The notes: generated by a model not told the origin, from the letters alone. A stretch of DNA of 64,000 nt from a bacterium (GCA_040390065.1 JAZJZE010000004.1:64001-128000), one strand, 5' to 3'. Shown: positions 47,958 to 57,397, counted from the first letter of the stretch. Numbers and translations are program-made.

Positions 47958-48833
47958 ATGATCGCGACCTCCACCACGACGACAGACCAGAACAAGGCCA
48001 CCGTGCGACGGTTCCTCGAGCGCGTGGTGAACCAGAATGAGTACCAGGTCGTGGACGAGTTGTTCGCTCCTGAATACGTGCTTCACATCGCGGGCGACCC
48101 TGAGCCAAAGGTCGGCCGAGACCACGTCCGCTATGTTGCCAAGATGTTCCGGGCGGCGTTTCCGGATTGGAAGAATGCGGTCGACCAACTCGTCATGATG
48201 GCGGAGGGGGATTGCGTGATGACGCGCTGGAGGGAATCGGGGACCCACCGCGGCGAATTTCAGGGGGTTGCACCCAGCGGCCGGCGCGTGATCTTGGAGG
48301 GCATGGATATGTTCCGTTTCGCTGGCGGGAAGATCGTCGAGCAATGGCTGGAGGCAGACCTGGCCGGATTTCGGCGTCGCCTGGTCCAAAGGGTGCCAGG
48401 GGCGAGCCCGTTGACCGATTCAGCCCTGCAGGATTGGGCGCGCCGCATGAAGGACGACATCATCAACGCTCACGACCCGGCTGCGGCTGCGCTCTACTAT
48501 GCGCCCACGTTTTCCACGCGCAATCCAATCCCAGGACGGCGCCCCGGCCTCGACGGCCTGCAAGAGGCGCTCCGGGAGTTCTTCATCGCCTTCCCCGATG
48601 TGCAGGAGACCGTGGAGGAGGTCGTCGCCGACGGCGACCACATCGCCATGGTCGGTACCATCCGCGCCACTCACGGCGGCCCCTTTGCAGGGGTCCCGGC
48701 CAGCAACCGCCGCGTGACGTTCCGCATCTTCGAGCAGCACCGCCTCGAGGCCGGCAAGATTGCCGACGGCTGGGTGTTCATTGACGTGCCTGGGCTGATG
48801 CAGCAAATTTCCCCAGCCGCACTGGGCACATGA
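47958..48833 (+). CDS. Tandem SnoaL-like ester cyclase (NTF2 fold) protein
   Basis: NKATVRRF, AFPD, GTH.GEF.G..PSG, GKIVE.W; domain duplicated. Confidence 0.9.
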   Translation: MIATSTTTTDQNKATVRRFLERVVNQNEYQVVDELFAPEYVLHIAGDPEPKVGRDHVRYVAKMFRAAFPDWKNAVDQLVMMAEGDCVMTRWRESGTHRGEFQGVAPSGRRVILEGMDMFRFAGGKIVEQWLEADLAGFRRRLVQRVPGASPLTDSALQDWARRMKDDIINAHDPAAAALYYAPTFSTRNPIPGRRPGLDGLQEALREFFIAFPDVQETVEEVVADGDHIAMVGTIRATHGGPFAGVPASNRRVTFRIFEQHRLEAGKIADGWVFIDVPGLMQQISPAALGT

Positions 48834-49074
48834 GAAACGGGGCGAACCACTTCCGGGTTCCGTGGAATCCTTTTCGAAGAGGTTCAATTCGTGGCCGAGT
48901 AGGTCATTCGGCAAATCGGGAAGCGCCTGCAGGACAAATCGGAAGCTCGATTTTGGTTGGATTCGAGCAGGAACCGCAATCATGGCTGCCTCCCCATGGG
49001 GCACCGCATCTTGACTTGACCGCCGCTACCGCGTTCGGGGTTGGATGGAGTCCCAGCTCCACGACTTGAGGCCC

Positions 49075-49365
49075 TTAGACGAGGCCGCGGTTGTGAAGCT
49101 CCTCGGCCACGGCGACAAGCATGGCTGGGCGTTCCACCTCCGGGTAATGCGTTGAGCGCCACTCCGACATGATGAACCCGCTCCGGACCACCTTGGCGTC
49201 CCGCTCCAAGCGATTCAATGCGCCCCGAACCCGGGCCACCTGCGCCTGCGTCGCCCATTCCCCATGGAGCTCGTTGGCAATCTGCCTGGCCTCCATCCAC
49301 CGCCCCCGATGGGCCGGCCCATTGAGGATTGCCGCCACTTCCCGTTGCGCCTTGCCCTGGCTCAT
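49075..49365 (-). CDS. Small wHTH-like hypothetical protein
   Basis: EARQIANEL...VRGALNRLERDAKV. Confidence 0.5.
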   Translation of the reverse strand: MSQGKAQREVAAILNGPAHRGRWMEARQIANELHGEWATQAQVARVRGALNRLERDAKVVRSGFIMSEWRSTHYPEVERPAMLVAVAEELHNRGLV

Positions 49366-49461
49366 GTGCATAGATGGAGGCGCCGCGTTCTTAGGATTAC
49401 CGCGAAACAAACGGGGGTTTTGCGAACGGCTCGGTCTGCGTGAAAGCAACGATTGCACCGC

Positions 49462-50430
49462 CTAGGTGCGGGTGCCCGTGATGCCCTCGTAGACGGCGCG
49501 CACTGCAGGGTCTGCCGCGTCTGGGACCCGGTTGAGGCGGTCCTGGATGAGCGGCATCATGAGTCGCAGACCGCCGACCTCGTGACTGGCCGGCCCAGCG
49601 GGCGGCTCGGGGCCGCACACCAGCACTGCGGGCGCGCAGGCCCAGGGGTTCACATCCGTCGGCACGGTGTAGTAGGTGACGTGCATGCCGGCTGAGGCCA
49701 GTGCTTGGTAGAGGCGCTCGGCCTGCTCGGCTGAAACCCAGGTGTCTCCGGGGGCGTAGACGAGGTAGGCGCGCTGCAAGCCCTTCGACGCCATCTGGGG
49801 TGCGAGGTCGACGGGGGACCGCTGGGAGTAGGCTGCGGGGACCTGGCTAGGAGTTCCGCCGGTCTCCTGTTCGATGAGGGACTGCACGGCGTGGTCTTCT
49901 TGCCACGTGGCAGCCAGGTCGGCTACACCCGCGCCATCGAGCCAGTAGTCGAACGTGCCATTGGGCGCCTGCGCGACGGCCATGCCAGACACTTCGCCGC
50001 CCATGCTCCAACCGTACAGGATCGTGAGATTGACGCTCGGCCAGGCCGCCTTCACGGCCAGGGTTGCCGCCACCGTGTCGTTGGCGCCCGCCTGCACCTT
50101 CCATGGGTGGTCGCCGCGGTAGTCCATTGCGACGGCCAGAGCTCCACCCGCAGCGACTTGTTCGAGGCCAGTACGGAACAACGTCGCGTTGGTGCCGAAT
50201 GGATGAGCGAAAACGACGAGCGAGGTGGGGTTAGCGGCGGTTGGGACGGCAAGAAGTCCCGTTGCGTTCATGCCGTCAACCACGAGCGAGATAGCATGCA
50301 CGCCTTGCTCGCGAGGAATCGCGGGCAACGGCGGCACCTGGACAGAGCCGTGGTCCGCTTGGCCGGCGGGACCGGTGCATCCACTAGCCAGAAGGGCTAT
50401 CGAAAGTAGGAGCAGGGGGCGCGTCGCGAT
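49462..50430 (-). CDS. Alpha/beta hydrolase (S9/prolyl oligopeptidase-like) lipoprotein; canonical start codon absent
   Basis: GWSMGG nucleophile, D.WV, HE; in-frame lipobox LLASGC upstream of the first canonical start, beginning at ATC 50430. Confidence 0.75.
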   Translation of the reverse strand: MATRPLLLLSIALLASGCTGPAGQADHGSVQVPPLPAIPREQGVHAISLVVDGMNATGLLAVPTAANPTSLVVFAHPFGTNATLFRTGLEQVAAGGALAVAMDYRGDHPWKVQAGANDTVAATLAVKAAWPSVNLTILYGWSMGGEVSGMAVAQAPNGTFDYWLDGAGVADLAATWQEDHAVQSLIEQETGGTPSQVPAAYSQRSPVDLAPQMASKGLQRAYLVYAPGDTWVSAEQAERLYQALASAGMHVTYYTVPTDVNPWACAPAVLVCGPEPPAGPASHEVGGLRLMMPLIQDRLNRVPDAADPAVRAVYEGITGTRT

Positions 50431-50586
50431 GGTTCAGGGGGTCGCCAGCGGCCCCATAAGCCTTGGCTCGGTACGCCCGCTCGCCGGAAGAAGCCATGGC
50501 AAGCAGGCCCGGAACCTGGCATGCAGCCCCCATCGACCTGGCATGTACCGGCACGTCACCGGCAGCACCGCGTCCGCGCCGCAGAG

Positions 50587-50677
50587 GGCGCAACCGCCAA
50601 TCTCCCGCCGATTTGCCCCGCACCATGTACAGGAGGTACCGCTAGGATTTACGGGCAAACTTCCTTGACAATCCGGT
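50587..50677 (+). repeat. Internal att-like site 2; 91-bp direct repeat of the attR flank
   Basis: 83/91 ungapped identity with 53618-53708; ends TTACGGGCAAACTTCCTTGAC-AATCCGGT, followed by CTGCCGCCCGGCC. Confidence 0.9.
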
Positions 50678-50809
50678 CTGCCGCCCGGCCATGCATGCAG
50701 CCGACCGTCGCCTACAGCGCAATCGCTTTGGGAGCTTTGGATTGTACGGCAACCCCGTGAGGGGCGACCCTCGAAATCCTTTTCCGGACCGAGGGCCGTG
50801 GCGAGAAAC

Positions 50810-51034
50810 ATGGTACCGATCCCCTGCCCCCGATGCCAGTCCGGCATGATCCCAGCGGCGGCGGACACCCTCCAATGCCTGGCGTGCGGCTACCGAGCGG
50901 CAATGGCCCTTCAACCGCTGCCCAACGAGGGGTACATGCCGGTCGAAAGCCGCAACGACGAGAACCAGCGTCGGTGCCTCCGCTTTTCCGCTAGATGCCG
51001 ATATCTAAAGAGCGCCGCCTTCCTGTTGATGTGA
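50810..51034 (+). CDS. Small Zn-ribbon protein
   Basis: CPRC...CLACG. Confidence 0.5.
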   Translation: MVPIPCPRCQSGMIPAAADTLQCLACGYRAAMALQPLPNEGYMPVESRNDENQRRCLRFSARCRYLKSAAFLLM

Positions 51035-51240
51035 ACCCCCGGAAGGCAGGTGAACCCCCGGTGACCGCAAGCCCCACCGGAAGGGGCATTGGGCTGTCGG
51101 CCGGCGTCTTAGAAGCAGGCCTCGACCACGCTCCCGATGGAATGCTGCTCATCAATGCCAAGCGGGAAATCGTCTTTGCCAACCGCCGCGCTGTCGATTG
51201 GGCCACAGGGCGTGGTGCGGTTATCGACGGCAGCACCTAG
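50995..51240 (+). pseudogene. PAS-domain N-terminal fragment
   Basis: LDHAPDGMLLINAKREIVFANRRA, then early stop. Confidence 0.5.
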
Positions 51241-51375
51241 GAATTGCCCGGAGACGACCGCCTGCCCTGCAATAGTTGCGTCGGCGGCCTGGATGGTCCC
51301 GGCGCTTTCCGCTCCGCCCGGTAGGGCAAGGAGAAGAAGGATGAGTAGGCCAACAGACAGCATCTCCTGCTGCAT
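51109..51375 (-). pseudogene. Probably truncated secreted protein
   Basis: Signal peptide LSVGLLILLLLALPGGAES; runs into the PAS fragment. Confidence 0.4.
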
Positions 51376-51410
51376 GCCCCGTCCTAGGGGCGGGCTCGAT
51401 TTCTCATTTG

Positions 51411-51596
51411 CTAGTTGCCGATAATCAGGCACTCGGGATGGAAATAGTAGTCCGGAGGGTCAAGAGAATAGGCGAACCACGTGCAGTATGGGGGCAAAGG
51501 GGGATGATCTGACGGGGGCACAGGCTCATCCGCCACGACCATCGGGGCGGCCAATATCAATAGGCATCCAACGAGAGCATACGCTAGTGTTTTCAT
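51411..51596 (-). CDS. Small secreted protein with Cys-bounded tail
   Basis: Signal peptide; PYCTWFAYSLDPPDYYFHPECL. Confidence 0.6.
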   Translation of the reverse strand: MKTLAYALVGCLLILAAPMVVADEPVPPSDHPPLPPYCTWFAYSLDPPDYYFHPECLIIGN

Positions 51597-51983
51597 GCAT
51601 TTCACCGGCTGCCCGAAGCAGCCGGCTGACCCGAAGCGGGCGCGCTATTTTGCGCGATTTCGCGGCAACGCGCTGGCCAAGCAAACGCTTGTTTGAGCGG
51701 CTTTTCGGACCACGTCAACGTTCCATTGCCTGCGGTTCTTCATGACATCGGGTCGACGGCCCGCCGCGACGCCGCCGAAGGCAATTTGGCCGTGTAGGCG
51801 GCCGCCTTGCCTGGTGAGGCCGCGGGCGGCTAATGGCGGACTTAATTGGCGCGGCGGCCTCGGCGCCGAAAACCAATGACTGTCCGACAGTATGTTTCGT
51901 CTACCATGGTTCCATGGAGCGCGGCTCCGTTGTCCGCCGGAACTCTTTTCGCCTTCGCCCAGGATGCTCGCGCTGGTCCTACC

Positions 51984-52190
51984 ATGACCATCGCCCGCAC
52001 CCTCGTCTTGACTGGCTTGCTGATTCTGACCGCCGCTACGCTGGCACCGATGGCCAGCGCCCAGCCGGACAACGTGTACGTGTGCGCCTACGGCGTCAAC
52101 GGCGGCTGCGAACCCGGCCACATCGCCGAGGTCCACGTCAAGGGCCACGTCGTTTACGTCCCGGACCCGTGCTACACGACCGCCTGCTGA
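51984..52190 (+). CDS. Small secreted 4-Cys peptide
   Basis: MTIARTLVLTGLLILTAATLAPMASA then QPDNVYVCAYGVNGGC...PDPCYTTAC. Confidence 0.65.
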   Translation: MTIARTLVLTGLLILTAATLAPMASAQPDNVYVCAYGVNGGCEPGHIAEVHVKGHVVYVPDPCYTTAC

Positions 52191-52227
52191 AGATGGGTGC
52201 CATCGGGTGGACAGCAGTCCTAAAGTA

Positions 52228-52261
52228 GTTGATTCGCTAATAAGCTAATTGATGAATCAAC
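52228..52261. promoter_or_regulatory. Inverted repeat GTTGATTC-N18-GAATCAAC over the MNT start (candidate operator)
   Basis: Perfect 8-bp inverted repeat in the AT-rich promoter region. Confidence 0.4.
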
Positions 52262-53052
52262 CCGGCGGGGGCGCCTCCCGAGACGAAATCATCGCCATCC
52301 TGCTGGTTGCGGCAGCGGCAGGCGGCCTAGGATATGCCTTAGGCCGGGCCTCGGCAAGGGCTAACCCAGCACAAGCTGGCTTGCCTCCGCATGCCCTACT
52401 TGCCCCCACACCGCTCAAGCAGATTGCCGCCGAAGCTGGGATGCAGCCGCCAACCGCGTTGGCCCACCTGCGCAAGCTGCAGGACCAAGGCAAGCTCCAA
52501 CGCATCCAAACCTCCGAGGGACCGCGATACGCCGTCCTTCCGTACGTCAGCTGCGAGTGGACCGATCCGGACCACGGAATCCAGACCGCCTGGCAAAGCA
52601 CGCACTCCGTGGACTGGCGGTTCCCCCTCGTGTCGCGTGTCCCGGACGCCTCGGCTCAAGACTTCCTCTACGAATGGCTTGACCGTGCCCAGGCGCGCGG
52701 CCTCCTGCCACCGGCCCGCTCCAGGTTTGAGGCCCAATCCCCCAAGCCGCATCTTCTCCAAGCCGTGGTCTACGGGTCCTGCGCTCGCGGCCCCGCCCCT
52801 TCGAAGTCGGACGTCGACATCCTGCTGTACGGAGACATCCCAAAGACGCAGGTCGAGAAACTCAAGGACCTCGGCCACGAGATTGCCCTAAAGGGCGGAA
52901 GACCCCCCGACATCCGCTCGATTGACGCGGCCGGCTGGTCCAAAGCAACGCCCGCCTTCCGGGAATCCATTCAGCGAGAAGGCCGAACCGTGTACTCGAA
53001 CGAATTCGGCGGCCTTTTCCTGGAACGGCCCCTCGGCGCCCAACATGCCTGA
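52252..53052 (+). CDS. wHTH + minimal nucleotidyltransferase (MNT antitoxin-like) with N-terminal hydrophobic helix
   Basis: PLKQIA..AGM..PTA..HLRKL; YGSCARG...SDVDILL. Confidence 0.85.
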   Translation: MNQPGGGASRDEIIAILLVAAAAGGLGYALGRASARANPAQAGLPPHALLAPTPLKQIAAEAGMQPPTALAHLRKLQDQGKLQRIQTSEGPRYAVLPYVSCEWTDPDHGIQTAWQSTHSVDWRFPLVSRVPDASAQDFLYEWLDRAQARGLLPPARSRFEAQSPKPHLLQAVVYGSCARGPAPSKSDVDILLYGDIPKTQVEKLKDLGHEIALKGGRPPDIRSIDAAGWSKATPAFRESIQREGRTVYSNEFGGLFLERPLGAQHA

Positions 53053-53404
53053 GAGTGCACTCCTGCAGCTCGCGGAGAGCTATCTCCGAACGGCCCGGGC
53101 GGCGCTCGAGGCAGGCGATATTGCGCCGGCCTACGAGACCGCGCGCACCGCCTGCGAACTGGCCGCCAAGGCAATCCTCGACCAGCGCGGGATTCCCACG
53201 AGCGGCAAGGAACACAACGTGGCTCCTCAGCTTGTGCAGGCTGGAGCATGGCCCGGCGGCGATCCGGGCAAGCGACTCTCCAAGTTCCTCAACGACTACA
53301 CGCGGGGCGTCTACGGCGTTGGCGAGACCATTGCTCGGAAAGAAGCCGAACGCGGCGTCGCCCTCGCAGAACAGATGATCAAGAAGGCCAAGGGTCATGG
53401 CTAG
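53045..53404 (+). CDS. HEPN domain protein (toxin partner of MNT)
   Basis: AESYL..A, ACELAAKA.L, HN, TRGVYG; overlaps the MNT stop. Confidence 0.85.
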   Translation: MPESALLQLAESYLRTARAALEAGDIAPAYETARTACELAAKAILDQRGIPTSGKEHNVAPQLVQAGAWPGGDPGKRLSKFLNDYTRGVYGVGETIARKEAERGVALAEQMIKKAKGHG

Positions 53405-53617
53405 GCCGTGGCCAGGGAAAACAATGCTCGGCGCGAACCGAACTACAGGGTTCGCGACTCGACCAGCCGTGCCATGCAGATTCCCAGTTCGACGCGCGCT
53501 TTCTCCTCTCCTGCCACCCCGGAGGGCTGCTAACAATCGATGCGGAACTCGCGCAAACGAGACGGCCTGGCCTGAGCGCCTTGAGTGGACCCTCCGGTTT
53601 GGGAATCCGCCGCCGAT

Positions 53618-53718
53618 GGCGCAACCGCCATTCTCCCGCCGATTTGCCCCGCACCATGTACTGGAGACACCCCTACCGTTTACGGGCAAACTTCCTTGAC
53701 AATCCGGTATCTCCCGCT
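53618..53718 (+). repeat. attR with upstream arm (att-like site 3)
   Basis: Arm TTACGGGCAAACTTCCTTGAC followed by the full tRNA 3' copy AATCCGGTATCTCCCGCT. Confidence 0.9.
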
Positions 53719-53924
53719 CAAGCATCGCCGGCGCGAAGCGCTCGGCGGCTGCAGCCGGGGAATACCGGTTCGCCGAGGCGCCAGGCAAAGCAGCGCCGAT
53801 GGTAACCCTGCGGTTCTGCTTGCGGGGCCGCCGCGCCGAATCCGGTCTCTCCCGCTCTCTGGCATTGGCGCGTGCGACGTATCCGCCCATATCCTGATAT
53901 CCCGCTTCATCTCAGGCCGATTCC

Positions 53925-55397
53925 ATGCGCTTGTATGCCTGGGCCGTCGCCGCCCTGTCGCTTGCTTCCTTGCTGGCGGGTTGTTCCGGTTCCGAGGCGC
54001 CGTCGTCGACGTCGACGCCGCCGCCCGTGGCCCACTTCCCGGATTCGCCGGCAACGACGTTCTACCACTTCGCTGGCGCCGTGCCCGCCGATGCTCGCGT
54101 CCTTGGCGGCAACAATTCGGCCTTCCTCGCTGCAGGCAATTACTCGTACATCGGCACGACGACGTATGAGCCGTCCATTGGCGCCACGAAGTCGGGCGCG
54201 CTCTTCATGACGAGCCTGAAGCGCGACATCAACCCGCCCAACCTGCCCGACCAAGGCACGCACATCATCCGCGGCCTCGATTCGGGGCACAACTGGACGG
54301 ACACCGGCCCCTTCATCCCGACGACGAAGACGACGCTCACCGTCAACAGCAACGACCCGTACATGTACGTCGATCCGTGGACGAGCCGTGTCATCGACTT
54401 CGACATGTGCGGCACCCTCTCGGCGTTCTGCATGTCGTACTCCGACGATGACGGCGCGACGTGGACGCCGCGCAGCATCGTGACCGGCGAATCCACGGCG
54501 CTCGACCACCAGAGCATCGCGGCGGCCCCGGCGGGCGAAGGCGTCACGACCGTCGGTTACCCGAACGTGCTCGTGTTCTGCGTGAACCGCGGTCTTAGCA
54601 CCGTGGGGCCGTACTGTAGCACGAGCCGCGACGGCGGCATCAACTGGTCGCCACTCATTCCCGGCTCTCCCGCCGGCAAGGCGCAGTGCAGCGGTCTGTC
54701 CGGCCACGTGCACGGCTCCATCGACGGCCGCTTCTACCGCGGCAATCCGTCCTGCACCGGCCCTGCGGTCTACCGCAGCGATGACGGTGGCCTCACGTGG
54801 AGCGAGCACACCATCAACACGACGAGCGGCTCGCTTCTGCATGACATCGAGGTCGGCATCGACGCCAAGGGCAACGTGTACGCCGGCTGGATCGCCGACG
54901 ACGGCCTGCCCTACCTCGCCCTGAGCCGCGACCACGGCGACACGTGGCCCATCCAGATGATGGTCGCCCCGCCCGGCGTCACCGCCACCGGCTTCCCCGC
55001 CGTCGCAGCCGGCGCCGACGGCCGCGTCGTCATGGCCTACATCGGCACCACCCTCGAGAAGGGCTACGACGGCTCGCAGACGAAGGCCACGTGGAACGGC
55101 TACCTCAGCGTCCTCACCGACGCCTTCGCCGAGAACCCGCTCATCACGACCGTCACGGTCAACGACCCCGCCACGGACCCGCTCTCGACGGGCGCTTGCG
55201 GCAACGTGCGCTGTGGCGGTTTTGGCGACTTCATCGATGTCACCATCGACCCCTCGGGCCGCCCGTGGGCCGCCATGGCCAACAACGAGCACGGCGACTC
55301 TGGTCTCGCGGTCACCATGGTGGATGGCCCAGCCCTGCTGGGCGACTTGAAGCCGCTGCCGCACCTGACCCTCCGGGGCCCGGCGACCCTCCCGTAA
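53925..55397 (+). CDS. BNR/Asp-box (sialidase-like beta-propeller) lipoprotein
   Basis: LAGC lipobox; Asp-boxes SDDDGATW, SRDGGINW, SDDGGLTW, SRDHGDTW. Confidence 0.85.
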   Translation: MRLYAWAVAALSLASLLAGCSGSEAPSSTSTPPPVAHFPDSPATTFYHFAGAVPADARVLGGNNSAFLAAGNYSYIGTTTYEPSIGATKSGALFMTSLKRDINPPNLPDQGTHIIRGLDSGHNWTDTGPFIPTTKTTLTVNSNDPYMYVDPWTSRVIDFDMCGTLSAFCMSYSDDDGATWTPRSIVTGESTALDHQSIAAAPAGEGVTTVGYPNVLVFCVNRGLSTVGPYCSTSRDGGINWSPLIPGSPAGKAQCSGLSGHVHGSIDGRFYRGNPSCTGPAVYRSDDGGLTWSEHTINTTSGSLLHDIEVGIDAKGNVYAGWIADDGLPYLALSRDHGDTWPIQMMVAPPGVTATGFPAVAAGADGRVVMAYIGTTLEKGYDGSQTKATWNGYLSVLTDAFAENPLITTVTVNDPATDPLSTGACGNVRCGGFGDFIDVTIDPSGRPWAAMANNEHGDSGLAVTMVDGPALLGDLKPLPHLTLRGPATLP

Positions 55398-55447
55398 ATC
55401 GAGGCGACGACCAGAAAGGTCATGGGGGGCCCCCCCTCGTGGGCGGC

Positions 55448-57031
55448 ATGGCCCTGAAAGCCCTGCTGGCGGCCCTCGCCGTCGTCGTCATGATTGTCCC
55501 TGTTGCCCACGCCTCGGCTGGCGCTGGTCGCGTGAACAGCAGTTCCTTCGGCCTTCCGGGCGCCCCGCGCTTCGATGCCTACGCCCTGCCGGACAGTTCC
55601 CTCAACGCCGACAACGCGGGCGAGCCCACCATCGGCATCCCCTGGAACACGAACTCCCTCTTCTTCCAGGCGTTCACGGCGACGCATCGGGCGGTCTTCT
55701 CCAACGAGACGGACGCCAACGGTGCTCCCAAGGTCACCTGGACCGACGTCACCCCGGCCTTCAGCCGCATCAACGTCGACCCGATGCTGTACGCGGACCA
55801 TGTCACGAACCGCGTCTTCCAGGGCGGCCTCGACGGTCCGTGTAGCGTCATGGGCCTTTCCGACGACGACGGGAAGACCTGGCTGCCTTCGCACAACATG
55901 TGCAACGGCGCCCAACTCGACCACCAATCCATCGGGTCCGGCCCATGGCCAAAGGAGGACGTCCTGTCGCGTTCCACCGTGTACCCGCGCGCGACCTACT
56001 ACTGTTCGCAGCTCGGCACGGACGCCTGCGCCACCAGCCCCAACGGCGGCATGGACTGGCTCCCGCCTGCGCAGGTCACGGGCTCCTGCGGCAGCCTGCA
56101 CGGCCACATCAAGGTCAGCGAGGCGGACGGCTTTGCCATCCTCCCCAACGGTAACTGCGGCGGCAAGGTCGGCTTCGGCTTCACCAACAACGGCGGCATC
56201 ACCTGGGACTCGCGCACCATGCCGGACAGCAAGTCGGGCGACGGCTTCGACCCGTCGGCCGCGTTCTCGACGGGTGGCTGGCTATACCTCGCGCAGGCCA
56301 ACATCGACGGCCTGCACGTGGCCTTGTCGAAGGATGACGGGGCATCGTGGCAGACCATCGGCAACCTGACCGCGGATGCGACGCCGGGCACCTGGCTCGA
56401 CCTCAGCGGTGTCTTCAAGGACCCGAAGACCGGGAACCCGATCAAGTACGGCAGCTTCCCCGACGTCGTCGCCGGCGACAACACCCGCGTCGCCATCAGT
56501 TTCCTCGGCACCACGAACCCGGATGGCAAGCACCCGTTCGACGACTGCAGCAAGGCGTCCGACGAGAACATCTGGCACTACTACCTCGCCGAATCCTTCG
56601 ACGCGGGATCGACGTGGAGCATCACGCGCCTGTCGGAAGACCCCGTGCAGATCGGCGCCATCTGGAACGGCGGCGGCGGCGATGCATGCCGCAACCTCTT
56701 GGACTTCGCCGACATGCAGATGGATTCCTACGGACGGCTGGCCATCGGCTTCGCGGACGGCTGCCTCGACTCGTGCGCCAAGAAGTACCACGAATGGGTC
56801 GCCGGAACTGGCAGCCCACCCGTCGGCTCCGACTCGCGCCACGCCTGGGGCACGGTGCTGCGGCAGACGACGGGTCTCAGCCTGTTTGCCATGTACGACA
56901 AGCCGGTGCCCGTCGTCGTCGGGACGCCGCCGCCCATGACCACGGAGCCGCAGGCAACGCCCGGCATCGAGGCGCCCCTCGCGATGCTAGCCGTCGCCGC
57001 CTTGGCCGTGGCCGTGCGGCGCCGGGCTTAA
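55448..57031 (+). CDS. BNR/Asp-box (sialidase-like) surface protein with PGF-CTERM-like tail
   Basis: SDDDGKTW, SKDDGASW, SFDAGSTW; ends TPGIEAPLAMLAVAALAVAVRRRA. Confidence 0.85.
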   Translation: MALKALLAALAVVVMIVPVAHASAGAGRVNSSSFGLPGAPRFDAYALPDSSLNADNAGEPTIGIPWNTNSLFFQAFTATHRAVFSNETDANGAPKVTWTDVTPAFSRINVDPMLYADHVTNRVFQGGLDGPCSVMGLSDDDGKTWLPSHNMCNGAQLDHQSIGSGPWPKEDVLSRSTVYPRATYYCSQLGTDACATSPNGGMDWLPPAQVTGSCGSLHGHIKVSEADGFAILPNGNCGGKVGFGFTNNGGITWDSRTMPDSKSGDGFDPSAAFSTGGWLYLAQANIDGLHVALSKDDGASWQTIGNLTADATPGTWLDLSGVFKDPKTGNPIKYGSFPDVVAGDNTRVAISFLGTTNPDGKHPFDDCSKASDENIWHYYLAESFDAGSTWSITRLSEDPVQIGAIWNGGGGDACRNLLDFADMQMDSYGRLAIGFADGCLDSCAKKYHEWVAGTGSPPVGSDSRHAWGTVLRQTTGLSLFAMYDKPVPVVVGTPPPMTTEPQATPGIEAPLAMLAVAALAVAVRRRA

Positions 57032-57342
57032 CCCGACCGCATGAACATCTCGTTCACGGTCTGCCCGTCATGCACGGTGACGGTCTTGTCGAATGGCACT
57101 TCGTTGGGCGGAGCGAAGTGGAGGACGTAATCGCCGGCGGGCAGGCTATCGAACAGGAAATTGCCAAAGTCGTCCGTCGTCGCACCCAATCCGAGCGGTT
57201 GCAGGAAGATGGGGATGTGCGCATACGGTTGGCCGGCGTCACTCATGGCGTTGCCGACGATCTTGGCGGTGTGAGCGGGCGTTGCCGCCGAACACCCTGC
57301 GAGGAGGGCGGCTGCGAGCACGGCCACGAGTACCTGACGCAC
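57028..57342 (-). CDS. Carboxypeptidase-regulatory-like domain lipoprotein
   Basis: LAGC; TTDDFGNF.F..LPAGDY. Confidence 0.8.
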   Translation of the reverse strand: MRQVLVAVLAAALLAGCSAATPAHTAKIVGNAMSDAGQPYAHIPIFLQPLGLGATTDDFGNFLFDSLPAGDYVLHFAPPNEVPFDKTVTVHDGQTVNEMFMRSG

Positions 57343-57397
57343 GCCTTGCCATCGGCTGGACGGGCGCAAAGCCGTTTCGGTGCCGGTGGCTCCGTGT

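Larger units (their letters stand above)
41177..53718. mobile_element. Integrative island at tRNA-Lys 3' end (attL 41177-41194, attR 53701-53718)
   Basis: Exact 18-bp direct repeat AATCCGGTATCTCCCGCT; tyrosine integrase next to the tRNA. Confidence 0.92.
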
